Part shown: positions 16,367-25,362 of the stretch, one piece after another
Numbering within the stretch: the stretch's first letter is position 1
Layout: each line of letters opens with the position of its first letter
NCBI GenBank assembly: GCA_015520605.1
Contig: WAPT01000010.1
Coordinates: forward strand, 1 to 28,974
Origin: Nanobdellati archaeon
GTDB lineage: Archaea; EX4484-52; WAPT01
Reading direction: 5' to 3'
Length of the DNA: 28,974 nucleotides
Translations under genes and position numbers: made by a program
Notes under the pieces: generated by a model
What the model was told of the DNA's origin: nothing
What the model saw: the letters and a program-made list of their open reading frames with translations, nothing else
Database searches by the model: none

Positions 16367-17291
16367 ATGTTTGGCGAGGACATTTTGGATCTCACCGACG
16401 AGCTGGAAATCATTACGGAGGGTAATATTGTTGTCTACTACTTAGATGTGCAGGAGAGTAACGATAACCTTGAACTCATCGAGACCGTCCTCAAAAGTTT
16501 GGGAATGGAATATTCCGGAGGGTCCACGTTCAACCTCAACTTCGAAAACGGAAGACAGTTATCGTCCTGAAGCGTTCTGGGTTGAAATAAGATCTCAGGA
16601 CTACTGCACGGATTTTTCTAATCCGCTTCTGTACGATGTGGTCGTGGGTGTTGGGGAGGAGGAAGGTGTAGACTCGCTGCGGGAAGTTACCTCAGTTTAT
16701 GTGGAGAGTCTTCTTTTCGGTGACGAATCACTTTCGACGTTTTATCTCATCCTTCCCAAAAATTACAAAAGCAGAGTCCAGAACGTTGATAAAGTATCTG
16801 TATATATCGTGGGGTCAAGAAGGTGTGACAAAGAACATGAATTAAAAATAGAAGATATTGATGTCTGCTGTCGTTTGGAGATCATCCCCGCAACGCCTCT
16901 GCCAAAGAATCTCGACATTTTGAGCAGAACTTTGGAGTTCCTTCTCTCAGAGCGCGGTGAAAAGTCTCCATTGGGTGGTCCCGAGTTCAAAAAGGGTGCG
17001 TTTGTTTCCGAGACGATCTACAAAGTTGCTGGGGAAAATGTACCAAAAAAGGTAAGAAAAGCGGAAAGTTATCGTGGTGTTGTGGATGAGAATTTCGCAT
17101 TCGGTTTTAAGCCGGAAGAAACGCGCAGGTACTTCATACCCGTCGAGGAACTGACCATGAAAACCCTTGAACACTATGCTCTCGGAAACAAATGTTACCT
17201 TTTAGAAACTGATACACCCAGAGTAATCTCGATCGATGGAGGCGGGAAATACGGGTGGAACATGTTGAGAGACATGGATATAAATTTTTAA
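16367..17291 (+). pseudogene. Acidic hypothetical protein (~300 aa) split by a probable frameshift near 16545-16548
   Basis: The ATG 16367 frame (MFGEDILDLTDELE...FNLNFE) and the second frame (TEDSYRPEAFWVE...) share composition and overlap at an A4 run. TATA-like TTTAAAAG about 25 nt upstream of 16367. Confidence 0.6.
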
Positions 17292-17312
17292 AAGACACCA
17301 ACGATCGTTTTT

Positions 17313-18089
17313 TCAAATTTTCAAAAAATTTTCAACATCGAAATCGAAATTTTCATAGTCCTCAATTCTGCCCTCATCGCACAGTTCGGAAAGTCGTGGA
17401 TCCAGAGGTATTTCCAGAAAATGAGGGACATCGTACTTTCTACTAAGTTCTCTCGCCTTACCATTTCCAAAAAGATAACTTTTGTATCCGCAGTTCGGAC
17501 ATTCATACAGACTCATATTCTCCACCAGACACGTCACTTCGGCGTTCAACATCCTTGCCATGTTGATGGCCTTTTCTACTATATCGGTGGCGAGCTTTTG
17601 TGGGGTTGAAACTATCACAATCTTATCGGGTTTCACCACCTGCAAAATGGTCAGCGGAACATCGGAAGTGCCGGGAGGTAAATCAAAAAGAAGGTAATCC
17701 AAAGCTTCCCACTTTGTTTTTGAGAGTAAGTCGAGCATGGTTTTTGAGATCAGCGGGCCCCTCCAGATTAGAGGTGTGCTCTTCTCCGGAAAAAAGAAAT
17801 GAATTGATATAATCTTTATTCCAAATTTCCTGCTGCTTACGGGATAAACCATATCCTCATCAATCACAGGGGTTTCTGATTCCAAGCCAAAGATCTTAGG
17901 TATGCTCGATCCTGTGAAATCGCAATCGAATATCCCTGCAGCTTTTCCCTTTCTCGCGAGACATACCGCCAGTAGGGATGTTACGGTTGATTTCCCCACC
18001 CCGCCTTTTCCGCTCATCACGGCAACTTTGGTTTTTATCTCAGAGAGGTTTTCCGAAACCTTCTTCACCAAATCTTGCATAGTGATCAT
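17313..18089 (-). CDS. Mrp/NBP35 (ApbC) Fe-S cluster carrier ATPase
   Basis: SGKGGVGKST, WRGP, DLPPGTSD and ENMS..CPNC motifs. Confidence 0.95.
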   Translation of the reverse strand: MITMQDLVKKVSENLSEIKTKVAVMSGKGGVGKSTVTSLLAVCLARKGKAAGIFDCDFTGSSIPKIFGLESETPVIDEDMVYPVSSRKFGIKIISIHFFFPEKSTPLIWRGPLISKTMLDLLSKTKWEALDYLLFDLPPGTSDVPLTILQVVKPDKIVIVSTPQKLATDIVEKAINMARMLNAEVTCLVENMSLYECPNCGYKSYLFGNGKARELSRKYDVPHFLEIPLDPRLSELCDEGRIEDYENFDFDVENFLKI

Positions 18090-18193
18090 GGATGAACTAT
18101 GATAATAAATTAATTTTTAGCTTTTTGTTATCGGTATTTGAACAGAAGAAAAACAAAAAATTTTAATAAGTGGGATTCTCTTCTTTTGTCAGG

Positions 18194-18249
18194 ATGATGA
18201 AGAGGAGGTGAAGTGAGCTTTTTGCGATGAGCTCGCCTCTCATGTCTGA
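18194..18249 (+). ncRNA. Candidate box C/D sRNA
   Basis: C box ATGATGA 18194-18200, 12-nt guide, D' GTGA 18213-18216, C' GCGATGA 18224-18230, 15-nt guide, D box CTGA 18246-18249. TTTAATAA at 18162-18169 is about 25 nt upstream. Confidence 0.45.
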
Positions 18250-18277
18250 TACCCCGAGAGAACTTATGGGGTAGTTT

Positions 18278-18913
18278 ATGAGCTACCGAACCTGGTTTCT
18301 GGAAAAATGGATCGGGGATGAGCTCGAGAAATTCCGGATGTACTGCCGTGCTGCAAGCAGTGATATCATTCTGGCCATCATAACGGAAGGTTGCGTTCCG
18401 AAAACCGCACTCATAACCAGTCCAACCAAACGCAGGTGCTTTGATGAGTTTGTGGATTTGCTGAGTACCGACATAATCAACATCATTTACGAAACTGAAA
18501 AATACGGCACATATAGGGTAAAACCCGTCAAACATGTCTATTACAGCGCCCACGATTTCGAAATAATGCTCCCGGAATTGCGCTTCGAAATAAACCGGCC
18601 ATTCGGAGAGTATCTGGTGGAGATTTACGGGTTGAGAGAAATGGATGATTTCCGGCTCCCTTCCGTGCCCTTCGAGGTGGAGGAGTTTGTGGAGAGCAAC
18701 AATGAGATGTGCGGTAATGCAGAGAGACGAGCGTGCTTTGGAATCTACCTTGAAACGCGCTTTCCCAAAGGGGTGAGGGTGGAATACGACGAGCAATATC
18801 TCGGGTATGAGCATGCGCCAGTGAGGAGCCATGTGATGGTGAGTCTGAAGAGGGATAAAGACTCCCCCTCAAAGATGAGAGTTGTAAGACCATTAAGGCA
18901 TGAGCAATGCTAA
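18278..18913 (+). CDS. Hypothetical protein (acidic, 211 aa)
   Basis: ORF with Glu-rich composition like the host genes; no recognisable motif. An in-frame TAG precedes it at 18272-18274, with in-frame ATGs at 18227 and 18242. Confidence 0.65.
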   Translation: MSYRTWFLEKWIGDELEKFRMYCRAASSDIILAIITEGCVPKTALITSPTKRRCFDEFVDLLSTDIINIIYETEKYGTYRVKPVKHVYYSAHDFEIMLPELRFEINRPFGEYLVEIYGLREMDDFRLPSVPFEVEEFVESNNEMCGNAERRACFGIYLETRFPKGVRVEYDEQYLGYEHAPVRSHVMVSLKRDKDSPSKMRVVRPLRHEQC

Positions 18914-19206
18914 AATTTTGTTGTTCTGTACCATGTGAAAAGTGCGAGAAAGAAAAAGAAAAATATCAGTGGTTCTGCCACATACTTTGCTATCTCTATT
19001 TTGAGAAAAAGCGAAATGAAAAAAAGAAGAGAATACGCAAGTCCTCCTGCAGCGAAATAGGAAAACGAGAGTTTTCCCTCCAAAAATACCCTGCAAATGC
19101 TCGCTCTCAGGTTTGCTTTAACATTTTTTAGCGTAAGGAGAGATAAAAGTAAGCAAAGGAGAGAAAATACGAAACCTAAAATTTTGGATATTATCACCGC
19201 ATCCAT
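18910..19206 (-). CDS. Small membrane protein (~3 TM), module gene B, copy 2
   Basis: Shares GF, SLL..KN, RVFL.G, F..GGL.Y, FLK..I.K and YR.T with 791..1093. Confidence 0.8.
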   Translation of the reverse strand: MDAVIISKILGFVFSLLCLLLSLLTLKNVKANLRASICRVFLEGKLSFSYFAAGGLAYSLLFFISLFLKIEIAKYVAEPLIFFFFFLALFTWYRTTKF

Positions 19207-19209
19207 ATT

Positions 19210-19501
19210 TTACCACTTCCTGTATCTTTTCGCAATCCTGAACGCTACGAATACATAAAGAAATCCACTCGAATACCCAAGAAAATTCACGAAAATTTCA
19301 GGAGTCGTTAAGAAAAATGAGAAGAAAAAGTATAAACTTCCAAAAAAGGATGCGAAAACCATTATTTTTAGATCATCTTCAAAATCTTTTGGATTGGCAA
19401 CTGTTTTTAAGAGAAATTCTTTTTTGAATAGAAAAATTTCAATGGAAAAATGCCCCTACGAAACCGAAAATACTCATGGGAATGATATACGTTATATCCA
19501 T
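19210..19501 (-). pseudogene. Small membrane protein, module gene A, copy 2, frameshifted and absent from the ORF track
   Basis: Reads MDITYIIPMSIFGFVGAF, then a frameshift at the T5 run (plus-strand A5 19446-19450), then SIEIFLFKKEFLLKTVANPKDFEDDLKIMVFAS...GYSSGFLYVFVAFRIAKRYRKW. Aligns with 1087..1383. TTTATATT 23 nt upstream. Confidence 0.8.
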
Positions 19502-19601
19502 ACTGAGACCTTAATTATCCACCTAATATAAATCTTTATGCCTATTGGGACGGAAACCGGGATGAATAAAGTTTTTAAATAAGTTTACTCATCCATCATT
19601 T

Positions 19602-20453
19602 ATGGACTTCATAAAGTTTATGGGTACGGGTGGTGGAAGGACTGTAATGATAACCCAGCTAAGAAGCACCGGCGGAATTTACATCGAGCTGGACGGTACG
19701 AGGCTCTACCTTGATCCTGGGCCTGGAGCTCTCGTGCATTCCATAAGACACAATTTGCCTTTAAAAAAGCTTGATGCTCTTCTCCTCTCTCATGCTCACA
19801 TAGACCACACAAACGATGCAAATGCGATAATAGAAGCGATGACTGATGGTGTGGTGAAAAAAGGTGGAGTGTTAATAGGTAATGTTTCTGCAATAGAGGG
19901 TTATGAAGAGAATAGTAGGGTTGTGGAAAAGGTCGTCGGCAACTATCATCTCAACGCCCTTCAAGAGTATTATGTTGTGAAGCCCGGAGACTCTGTCAGA
20001 GTGAACACCGTTAAGATCGTGGCCACAAAAGCTGTTCATACTGATCCAATGGCCATAGGGTTTAGGATAGAGAGTGAAAAGTACACGATTGGATATACGG
20101 GAGATACGATCTATTTCGATAACATAGGATCGCAGTTTTCCGAATGTGACGTGCTGATCCTGAACTGTCTGTTTAACAGGAACCCTTACAAAAATAAAGA
20201 TGTGGAGTTCTCAAGGCATATGGACAGCGAGGATGCCATAAAAATAATAGAGCATGCTAAACCAAAGCTTGCGATTTTGCAGCACTTTGGTATGGAGATG
20301 CTTAGAAGCATGCCGTGGGAAGTCGCAAGAAAAATATCGGAAACGACTGGAATCAAGACTATTGCGGCGAGAGATTTTCAGGAAATAAAGCTTGATGAAG
20401 CTCTGAACACTGCTAAGACCGCCCACGAAAAGTCCCTTTCGGAATGGGTATGA
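19602..20453 (+). CDS. MBL-fold metallo-hydrolase
   Basis: FMGTGG, DPGPG, SHAHIDH, H, YTGDT and QHFG motifs; TTTAAATA at 19574-19581. Confidence 0.92.
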   Translation: MDFIKFMGTGGGRTVMITQLRSTGGIYIELDGTRLYLDPGPGALVHSIRHNLPLKKLDALLLSHAHIDHTNDANAIIEAMTDGVVKKGGVLIGNVSAIEGYEENSRVVEKVVGNYHLNALQEYYVVKPGDSVRVNTVKIVATKAVHTDPMAIGFRIESEKYTIGYTGDTIYFDNIGSQFSECDVLILNCLFNRNPYKNKDVEFSRHMDSEDAIKIIEHAKPKLAILQHFGMEMLRSMPWEVARKISETTGIKTIAARDFQEIKLDEALNTAKTAHEKSLSEWV

Positions 20454-20487
20454 GTTCTTTTAAAATTTAGCAGGTGAAAAGGATACA

Positions 20488-22194
20488 ATGGAGGGAAAGC
20501 AGGAAAAAGGGAAAGACAGAGAAAATCGGAGCATCAGCGCTGAGACTAAAGTTAAGGAAGTCGTGGGCGAGTGTGCAGAGAATTTGGAAAAGAAAGAAAG
20601 CGCGGAAAGTCGGGAAGAACGGAAAGAAACATCGCAGAGTTCCGCATCTTCTGAAATACAGGCCATAATTAAGGAGATTGTGGAGGGGGAGGAAGGCAAG
20701 ACGTATAGAGTTGTGGCAAGAGTTGTGAGCGTAAAGAAGACAAGGGGGCCCACCCTTTTCAGACTGGAGGATACCAGCGGAGAGCTTACAGCTGCGGCGT
20801 TTCAGGGTAAGGGTGTGAGAGCATTTCCAGATATAAAGGACGGGAACGTTGTTGTGGCGGCGATTATGAAGAGCTACGATAGAACACGCGGATCTTCGAG
20901 CTTCTTCTTAACTTCCATGGAAAAACTCAATGAGGAACAGGCCATAAGCTTTCTTGAAGAGTTGGAAAAGAATAAAAAAAGTCATAAGGACAGGCTGCTT
21001 GAACGTGTAGCGGAAAATTTCGAGGGAAAGAAAAAGAGAGAGTTCATAACCTCTTTCCTCTCCGCGCTTATCGATACCACGGCGGAAGGCAGGAGTCTCA
21101 TCATCAGATACCACAATGATATTGATGGCTTTGTTTCGGCTCTTCTGTTTAGAGAGCTCGTTTTTATGCTATCTTCTCATCTTCAGAAAAGACCGCCCGT
21201 CATGAAATTCTATCCTATGAGAAGGCCATGGTACGACCTTGAGGATGCACTCCAGGACATCCAGTGCTCAAAGGGAGATCTGACCTCTTTCTGTCTGGTT
21301 TTGCTGGACAACGGATCAACGGAAGATGACGTTAAGGCTCTTACAGTCCTAAAGGGGCTGGGAAGCAGGGTTCTCATTGTTGATCACCACCCACCCTCCG
21401 AGAAAATAAGTGAAGTTGTGGATGGTGTGCTCAACCCTTACCTGTGGGGGAGTGATAAAAATGAAACGACAGCGTACATTATATACAGCATGCTGGATTC
21501 TCTTGCAAAAGCAAAAGAGAGAGAAGAGTGGTGGTCGCTGGTAGCTTCGCTTTCGCTGATAGCCGATAAGAGTAAGGGTGAGATTTCTGAGAGCTTTCTT
21601 GCTCACATGAGAGAAAAGGTAGGTGAGGATAATCTTGAAAAGCTGAGGTGGGTTCTTGACTACATGATAACGGTAATGTCGGGAAGGCTGGATCTGGACT
21701 TCGTTAAGGAGCTGCTTACAAGCGGGAAAGTATGGAAGATTGTTAATGTTCTGTATCCGGCTGTGAAGGAGCTGATAGAGACCAGGATCGAAGAAATGGA
21801 ATCACGCCTCAACATCATAGAGAATGAAAGAATAGCTGTTGGAATTGTTGATGTCAGAAGCAGTATACGATTTTATCCACCAGCCGGAAGAAGTACCGGA
21901 GTCTTATTTGAGAGAATGCGAGAGAGGTTCGAGAAGGAAGGGAAAAGTGTAGCGCTCTTTTGCTTTGCAGGAGACAGCATAATAGTGAGAGTGGGAGAAG
22001 GGGAAGCGATGAAACTGTTTAGCAAAGAGTTCATGGACGAAACAATTAGAAAATGTATAGATCCTGCTGCTTCAGCTGGCGGGCATGATGTTGCCTACAC
22101 AATAAAAGTGGAGGAACCTTTACATTATAGGGTTAAGGAGGAGATAAGGAAAGCGCTTCTAAATGGTGGGAAAAATGAAAAAGAAAGAGAATAG
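20488..22194 (+). CDS. DHH-family RecJ-like nuclease with OB fold (COG1107/HAN-like)
   Basis: OB fold (KTRGPTLFRLED...AAAF...GVRAFPDI) and DHH motifs HNDIDG, LDNGS, VDHH, GGH. Confidence 0.85.
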   Translation: MEGKQEKGKDRENRSISAETKVKEVVGECAENLEKKESAESREERKETSQSSASSEIQAIIKEIVEGEEGKTYRVVARVVSVKKTRGPTLFRLEDTSGELTAAAFQGKGVRAFPDIKDGNVVVAAIMKSYDRTRGSSSFFLTSMEKLNEEQAISFLEELEKNKKSHKDRLLERVAENFEGKKKREFITSFLSALIDTTAEGRSLIIRYHNDIDGFVSALLFRELVFMLSSHLQKRPPVMKFYPMRRPWYDLEDALQDIQCSKGDLTSFCLVLLDNGSTEDDVKALTVLKGLGSRVLIVDHHPPSEKISEVVDGVLNPYLWGSDKNETTAYIIYSMLDSLAKAKEREEWWSLVASLSLIADKSKGEISESFLAHMREKVGEDNLEKLRWVLDYMITVMSGRLDLDFVKELLTSGKVWKIVNVLYPAVKELIETRIEEMESRLNIIENERIAVGIVDVRSSIRFYPPAGRSTGVLFERMRERFEKEGKSVALFCFAGDSIIVRVGEGEAMKLFSKEFMDETIRKCIDPAASAGGHDVAYTIKVEEPLHYRVKEEIRKALLNGGKNEKERE

Positions 22195-22780
22195 AAATGC
22201 ACTTCCCCCCATCATAATAAGCGGGATGGCCGGCGTTGGAAAGTCCACCTTAGCAAAAGCTCTCGCAGAAATTTACGGCATTGAGTACGTTTGCGGAGGG
22301 GACGTTCTCAAAGAGATGGCAAGGCGGGAGGGCTATAAAGTGGAGGAAGAAAACTGGTGGGAAACCCCGGAAGGTATGGAGTTCCTCCGTAAAAGAAAAG
22401 AGGACCCGAACTTTGATAAAAAACTTGACCAGCTGCTGATAGAGATAGCGAGGAAAGGAAACTGTGTGATAACATCCTGGGCTCTGCCGTGGATATGGGG
22501 GAAAGGTGTGAAGATCTGGCTTCAGGCATCGCAGCGAGTCAGAGCTGAGAGGATAAGCAAACGCGATAATATAAGCTTTGAAGAAGCTTTTGAGTATGTG
22601 AAAAAAAGAGACAAAGAAAACGTGGAACTCTACAAGAACATGTACGGTTACACACTTGGAAGAGATCTGCACGTGTTCGACGTGGTACTCAATGTTGAGC
22701 ATGCCTCGCAACAGGATGTTGTTGATATGGTAAAGTGTTTTCTTGAAAAAAGCAAGCTTCTGGAGAAGGCCGAATTCTGA
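22175..22780 (+). CDS. cmk: Cytidylate kinase (archaeal type)
   Basis: IISGMAGVGKST, DKKLD, KIWLQAS..VRAERI..RD and Y..MYG motifs. Alternative start 22163. Confidence 0.88.
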   Translation: MKKKENRNALPPIIISGMAGVGKSTLAKALAEIYGIEYVCGGDVLKEMARREGYKVEEENWWETPEGMEFLRKRKEDPNFDKKLDQLLIEIARKGNCVITSWALPWIWGKGVKIWLQASQRVRAERISKRDNISFEEAFEYVKKRDKENVELYKNMYGYTLGRDLHVFDVVLNVEHASQQDVVDMVKCFLEKSKLLEKAEF

Positions 22781-23529
22781 TGCGCGGTGGAAGCATGCTG
22801 ATTCCTTTCGATCCCGTGGAGAGAGCAAGAAAAGTTGAGAAAATTGTAATGAAAGATGGAAAGAGAAAATATTACCGGTTCAGGTTCGCGAAGTATTATG
22901 GTGGTATAGCTACTGCTGATGCTGTGGGATGTAACTTGTTGTGTGCCTACTGCTGGAACCATAACCGCAATCTCCACCCAGAAAAGTATGGAGAATTCTA
23001 CTCAAGTGAAGATGTTGCAAACAGACTTGTTAAGCTTGCCGAGAGGAACGGAAGGTTTCTCTTCAGAATAAGCGGAGCCGAGCCGGTATTGGGAGAGAGG
23101 TCAGCAGAACATGTTGTGAGTATTATTGAGAATGTGGAGGAAACGGTCAGCAATGCCAGGTTCATCCTCGAGACCAACGGGATAATGATAGGGTATAATG
23201 ATAAGATCGTTTCAATGCTTTCTTCTTCAAGGAACCTTATGGTCCGGGTTTCCGTCAAGGGCTGGGATGATGAAAGCTTCAACAAAGTTACCGGAGCGAG
23301 AGGAGAGTTCTTCCATCTGCAGTTGGAAGCAATAAGAAAGCTGAAAGATGCTGGAGTTACGGCGTGGCCTGCGGTGATGTTTGACATTTTTGGTATAGAA
23401 GGTCTGTACATTCTTGTGGAGCTACTAGAGCCAGTGGGGATCAAGAAGGAAGAGATTGAGCTGGAATACCTTGAACTTTATCCCTTAGTGGAGAAAAATA
23501 TGCGCAACAGAGGGCTGCTACAAAGGTAG
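22780..23529 (+). CDS. Radical SAM protein (COG5014-like)
   Basis: YGGIATADAVGCNLLCAYCW (CxxxCxxC), RISGAEP and LETNG motifs. Confidence 0.9.
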   Translation: MRGGSMLIPFDPVERARKVEKIVMKDGKRKYYRFRFAKYYGGIATADAVGCNLLCAYCWNHNRNLHPEKYGEFYSSEDVANRLVKLAERNGRFLFRISGAEPVLGERSAEHVVSIIENVEETVSNARFILETNGIMIGYNDKIVSMLSSSRNLMVRVSVKGWDDESFNKVTGARGEFFHLQLEAIRKLKDAGVTAWPAVMFDIFGIEGLYILVELLEPVGIKKEEIELEYLELYPLVEKNMRNRGLLQR

Positions 23530-23590
23530 CTCGAGTCTCCAACGCTATTTACTGAATTAAAACTTTCATTCCTATACACTATAGTCGGGT

Positions 23591-24241
23591 ATGGAGATTG
23601 AGCTAGAATGTAGCGCTCTAAGCGTCAAAGGGGAAGATCATGAAGAAAATGAGGATAGGTATGTAATAGAGGAAGATTTGCGTTTGTTTGCAGTCGCTGA
23701 TGGCGTTTCCATCCCGAAGGGAGGGGGAGAAGCAGCAAAACTTGCAACCAGAATTCTGCCGGAGGAGCTAAGAAAGCATCAAGACTTACTCGAAGCTGTG
23801 CTGAGCACGAACGATAGTGTTCTAAAAGCTCGGAAGAAAGGAAGGTGCGGATACACCACGCTTACAGCACTGTGGCTACATAAAGAGAGACCATGGCATG
23901 GAATCCTATGCTGGGTTGGCGACAGTCCGGCTTATCTCGTCAGAAACGGCAGGATTTCTGAGTTGACCACAGAAAAGGATGCTCATGGAAGTGTGCTTCT
24001 GCAAGCAATTGGGGAGGAAGTGATAAACCCACACAGTACGGAGCTGATGATTAAAAGAAATGATGTCTTCCTTCTGCTCACCGACGGCGTTTCGGGTGTG
24101 CTGTCAACAAATGAAATGCTCCTCGCCGTAATGCAGAGCGGAAATGCCAAGAATATCTGCACAAAACTAATTGGGCTTGCACGAAAAAAGAGAGTGGAGT
24201 ACAGGGATGATAGAACCGTGGTGGTTGTGATGATCAGCTAG
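23591..24241 (+). CDS. PP2C/PPM-family Ser/Thr protein phosphatase
   Basis: NEDR, AVADG, GYTT, VGDS, LLLTDG and DDRT motifs. Confidence 0.9.
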   Translation: MEIELECSALSVKGEDHEENEDRYVIEEDLRLFAVADGVSIPKGGGEAAKLATRILPEELRKHQDLLEAVLSTNDSVLKARKKGRCGYTTLTALWLHKERPWHGILCWVGDSPAYLVRNGRISELTTEKDAHGSVLLQAIGEEVINPHSTELMIKRNDVFLLLTDGVSGVLSTNEMLLAVMQSGNAKNICTKLIGLARKKRVEYRDDRTVVVVMIS

Positions 24242-24255
24242 GCAGACTTTTCCTC

Positions 24256-25344
24256 TCAGTTCTTACCCTTCCTGAAGTTCACTGCGTCCATGAGGAGAGA
24301 TGCTTCCGTAATGATCGCTTCGCACAGCTTTACGGTGTTTTCCGCATCCTCAATTGCAAGCATCTCAACTGGAGAGTGCACGTACCTCAATGGTATGGAT
24401 ATTGCAGTTGCGGGAATACCCTCCCTGGTAAGGCTTATGATGGTAGCATCCGTTGTACCACCTTCCGCAACCTCGAGCTGGTAGGGTACCTTCTTTTTTT
24501 CCGCAATCTTTATCACGGCTTGAATGAGATTCTCCGGTGCTATCAGACCGTAACCCTTTCCATCCACAACCGTTACTGTTGGGCCTTTTCCAAGCTTAAC
24601 GGGTACATCTTCCTCCTTAACACCCGGGTGGTCTCCTGTTGGACAGACATCTATCGCAAATGCGACGTGCGGATTTATCTTGAAAGCAACGACCCTCGCT
24701 CCCTTCAGTCCGACCTCCTCCTGCACTGTCGCTACAAAGTAAACTGAAATATCCTTAAGCTGGGATTTCATCTTACTTACCCTTCTCACGAGCTCCAGAA
24801 GCACCGCGCATCCTGCTCTGTCATCGAGGGCTTTCCCCACTATTCTACCGTTCGGAAGCTCAAAGATCTCGCTTACAATAACAACAGGATCGCCAACTCT
24901 TATTCCCATTTTCTCCACTTCCTCCCTGCTTCTTGCACCAACATCGATGAACAGCTCCTCCAGAGGTACGGGCTTTTTTCTCTCCTCCTCCTTCATGATG
25001 TGGGGTGGTTTTGATCCTATAACACCGTACACCTTACCCTTGGATGTGCGGATCACAACCTTCCTCGCAAGGAGATTCTGTTCAAACACACCTCCTATGG
25101 TAGTAAACCTGATAAAGCCGTCCTTATCCACAAACCTCACAACCATCCCGATCTCGTCCATGTGGGCTGCGAACATTATTTTAAAGTCACCATCGCCAAT
25201 TCTTCCTATTACGTTTCCGAGTGCATCCACACTCACCTCATCGCAATACCTCGAAAGTTCCTCTCTTACGAATTCCCTAGCTTCATGTTCTCTGCCGGAA
25301 ACTCCGTGAAGAGAGGAGAGCTTCATCATGTATTCTTTCAGCAT
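24256..25344 (-). CDS. M42 (TET-like) aminopeptidase
   Basis: AAHMDEIG, KALDDRAG, QEEVGLKGA, GGTTDA and RYVHSPVE motifs; SD GGAGGTG 6 nt upstream of ATG 25344. Confidence 0.95.
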   Translation of the reverse strand: MLKEYMMKLSSLHGVSGREHEAREFVREELSRYCDEVSVDALGNVIGRIGDGDFKIMFAAHMDEIGMVVRFVDKDGFIRFTTIGGVFEQNLLARKVVIRTSKGKVYGVIGSKPPHIMKEEERKKPVPLEELFIDVGARSREEVEKMGIRVGDPVVIVSEIFELPNGRIVGKALDDRAGCAVLLELVRRVSKMKSQLKDISVYFVATVQEEVGLKGARVVAFKINPHVAFAIDVCPTGDHPGVKEEDVPVKLGKGPTVTVVDGKGYGLIAPENLIQAVIKIAEKKKVPYQLEVAEGGTTDATIISLTREGIPATAISIPLRYVHSPVEMLAIEDAENTVKLCEAIITEASLLMDAVNFRKGKN

Positions 25345-25362
25345 GCTCACCACCTCCTAACC

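Noticed and set aside
18227-18277. Amber (TAG) readthrough or pyrrolysine extension of the 18278 gene
   Set aside because: A single in-frame TAG with a short extension; TAG serves as a normal stop in several genes here and no pyl genes are visible.
18128-18832. 234-aa minus-strand ORF
   Set aside because: His/Phe-rich composition typical of an antisense frame; the plus-strand ORF 18278..18913 fits host composition better.
22250-22828. 192-aa minus-strand ORF and the other short nested ORFs in the track
   Set aside because: They overlap well-supported genes on the opposite strand or in another frame and have no motifs.
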